Source: Verrucomicrobiota bacterium
Lineage (GTDB): Bacteria; Verrucomicrobiota; Verrucomicrobiia; Limisphaerales; CANJXF01
Direction: 5' to 3'
Assembly: GCA_038214755.1 (NCBI GenBank)
Contig: JBBQRQ010000030.1
Span: 1-48,918, forward strand
Length of the DNA: 48,918 nucleotides
Below the pieces are notes generated by a model that did not search any database, was not told the DNA's origin, and worked only from the letters and a program-made list of their open reading frames with translations. The position numbers and the translations under genes are program-made. Below are positions 47,244-48,918 of this stretch, in pieces. How positions within the stretch are numbered: position 1 is the first letter of the stretch; each line of letters starts with the position of its first letter.

Positions 47244-48266
47244 ATGACTCTGACACGTTTCGACACCATCACACGCGGTTACTCCAAACTGAAAATCGCG
47301 GTGCTGGGCGATTTTTGTTTGGACCGCTATCTGGAAATCGATCCGGCGCGAAAAGAAGTGTCCATTGAAACAGGGCTTGCGGTTCATAACGTCGTCAATG
47401 TCCGCGCGCAACCGGGCGGGGCAGGGACGGTGTTGAACAATCTTGGCGCGTTAGGTGTTGGAAAGATTTTTCCAATCGGCTTCTGCGGTGAAGAGGGGGA
47501 AGGTTACGAGCTACAACAAGCTTTAAGCAACGTGCCTTCAGTCTCATTGGAGAATTTTTTTGCCACTTCACAGCGTCGCACCTTTACCTATACCAAGCCG
47601 CTCATTCTTCGTCATAACCAAACCCCACAAGAGCTTAATCGATTTGATCTTAAAAACTGGACTCCTACCCCGCTAGCGCTTCGCAGGAGGTTGGCTGATG
47701 CAGTGCGGCGCATCGCTGCCCGGGTGGATGCGATCATCGTCCTCAATCAATCTGACATTGCGGATACTGGCGTCGTATCAAAAGAAGTTTTGGAGGCGCT
47801 TCATGCTGTCGCGAAAACAAATCCAAAGTTACTTATCCTGGCCGATAGCCGGCGACGCTTGCGCAAGTTCCCGCTCGTCGCGCTTAAAATGAACCGCGCG
47901 GAACTTTCCGCCTTCACCGGAGCGAAGCGGCCCTTAGACCTTGAGCAAACCAAAGCTATCGCTGCAAAGTTAGCCAAAAAAAATGGTCATCCTATCTTCG
48001 TAACTCTGGCCGAAGAAGGAATTGTTGGCGCTTTGCCGAGTGAAGAAGTTGTCTTTGCGCCCGCTCTCAAAGTCCGTGGAGAAATTGACGTGGTTGGAGC
48101 CGGAGATTCCGTGACGGCGAATTTAGTCACGACAATCTCATCCGGTGCTTTCTTGCTTGAAGCATTGGAAATCGCGAATGCTGCCGCATCAGTGGTGGTT
48201 CATAAGTTGGGCACCACCGGCACGGCCAGCATCCGGGAATTGAAACAACTTTTGCAGAGCGACTAG
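47244..48266 (+). CDS. PfkB-family sugar kinase (RfaE/HldE kinase-domain-like)
   Basis: Motifs VLGDFCLDRY, PGGAGTV, DVVGAGDSV and AASVVVHKLGTTG. Confidence 0.88.
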   Translation: MTLTRFDTITRGYSKLKIAVLGDFCLDRYLEIDPARKEVSIETGLAVHNVVNVRAQPGGAGTVLNNLGALGVGKIFPIGFCGEEGEGYELQQALSNVPSVSLENFFATSQRRTFTYTKPLILRHNQTPQELNRFDLKNWTPTPLALRRRLADAVRRIAARVDAIIVLNQSDIADTGVVSKEVLEALHAVAKTNPKLLILADSRRRLRKFPLVALKMNRAELSAFTGAKRPLDLEQTKAIAAKLAKKNGHPIFVTLAEEGIVGALPSEEVVFAPALKVRGEIDVVGAGDSVTANLVTTISSGAFLLEALEIANAAASVVVHKLGTTGTASIRELKQLLQSD

Positions 48267-48517
48267 TCCTCGGAAATTAAATTCGATAGGGGAAGGTGAG
48301 GCGTGCGTCCAAAACTAAGTGGCTTGATCCTGCGATTTTTCTTGCGCCGCCCGCGAGCGACTATACCTTCCAGTCGTCCCAAACTTTTTACACGTCTGTC
48401 AACCGTTATGAGCTCCTGCCATTATCACAACAAGGACTGGCCTGCCCTAGCACGCGGCGACCGGCGCGACAGCGATCGAAGTATATTCACCTACTGAGCA
48501 TCCGAGATTGAAGCTTT

Positions 48518-48918
48518 ATGAAACTATCGAAATTGTTTGTCTGTCAATTGCCCAAGCCCTTCGGTGTTCCTGAATACCACTATTGGTGCGTGGGTGCTTT
48601 CTGTGCTTTTCTCGTCTTGGTTCATTGTCAAGGCCAAGGGACATTGGACATCACCTTCGACGGCCCTCCGCCGCAACCCGTGGGTACCGCGGCGCTAATC
48701 CAGAGATACGACGAATCCGGTATGTGGTTCAGGCCAATTCCAGGATCAGACGGCTTCGTCCGCAGGGGAGGAGGGATATCGTTCTACCCCGAGAATGGCA
48801 CCACTTATTTACAGGCAAGTCTTGGAGACTCGCTGGTGTTCAGCTTCCTTGACGGTTCGGTGTTTGACATGGTTTCGGTGGACTTGGCCGAGTACAGCAC
48901 GGTCGTGCCGGACGCGAG
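48518..48918 (+). CDS. Exported protein, N-terminal part (runs off the right edge; possibly PEP-CTERM type)
   Basis: Open from the ATG at 48518 to the window end: MKLSK...AFCAFLVLVHCQG-QGTLDITFDG...FDMVSVDLAEYS. Absent from the ORF track because it has no stop. Confidence 0.7.
   Translation, partial: MKLSKLFVCQLPKPFGVPEYHYWCVGAFCAFLVLVHCQGQGTLDITFDGPPPQPVGTAALIQRYDESGMWFRPIPGSDGFVRRGGGISFYPENGTTYLQASLGDSLVFSFLDGSVFDMVSVDLAEYSTVVPDA

Overview
This is bacterial chromosomal DNA, most likely from a Verrucomicrobiota (Pedosphaera-like) organism. That assignment is inferred from the PEP-CTERM, H-X9-DG prepilin and '...FYRV' C-terminal domain proteins and from the repeat families. From left to right the window holds: (1) the 3' end of an IS110-family transposase inserted into a palindromic repeat; (2) a minus-strand purine/ureide catabolic cluster (allB, allE, an M20 amidohydrolase resembling plant ureidoglycolate amidohydrolase, aceB, single-chain XdhA-XdhB), interrupted by YhcG and a convergently arranged DUF1778/GNAT toxin-antitoxin pair; (3) acs followed by gene debris; (4) a dipeptidase, an esterase and glyQS; (5) a ~22 kb block of exported proteins (prepilin-like, vanadium haloperoxidase-like, PEP-CTERM, a 1.05k-aa Ig/Cys-rich protein, a small partner and a ~4.6k-aa giant surface protein); (6) uxaE, a HAD hydrolase and a PfkB kinase. 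The clearest sequence-level oddity is a diverse set of REPIN-like palindromic elements. Three different ones lie in frame inside the xanthine dehydrogenase gene, one of them forming the XdhA-XdhB linker, and another splits the 5' end of the HAD gene. No rRNA, tRNA or CRISPR array was recognised. All family calls come from motif recognition, not database searches.
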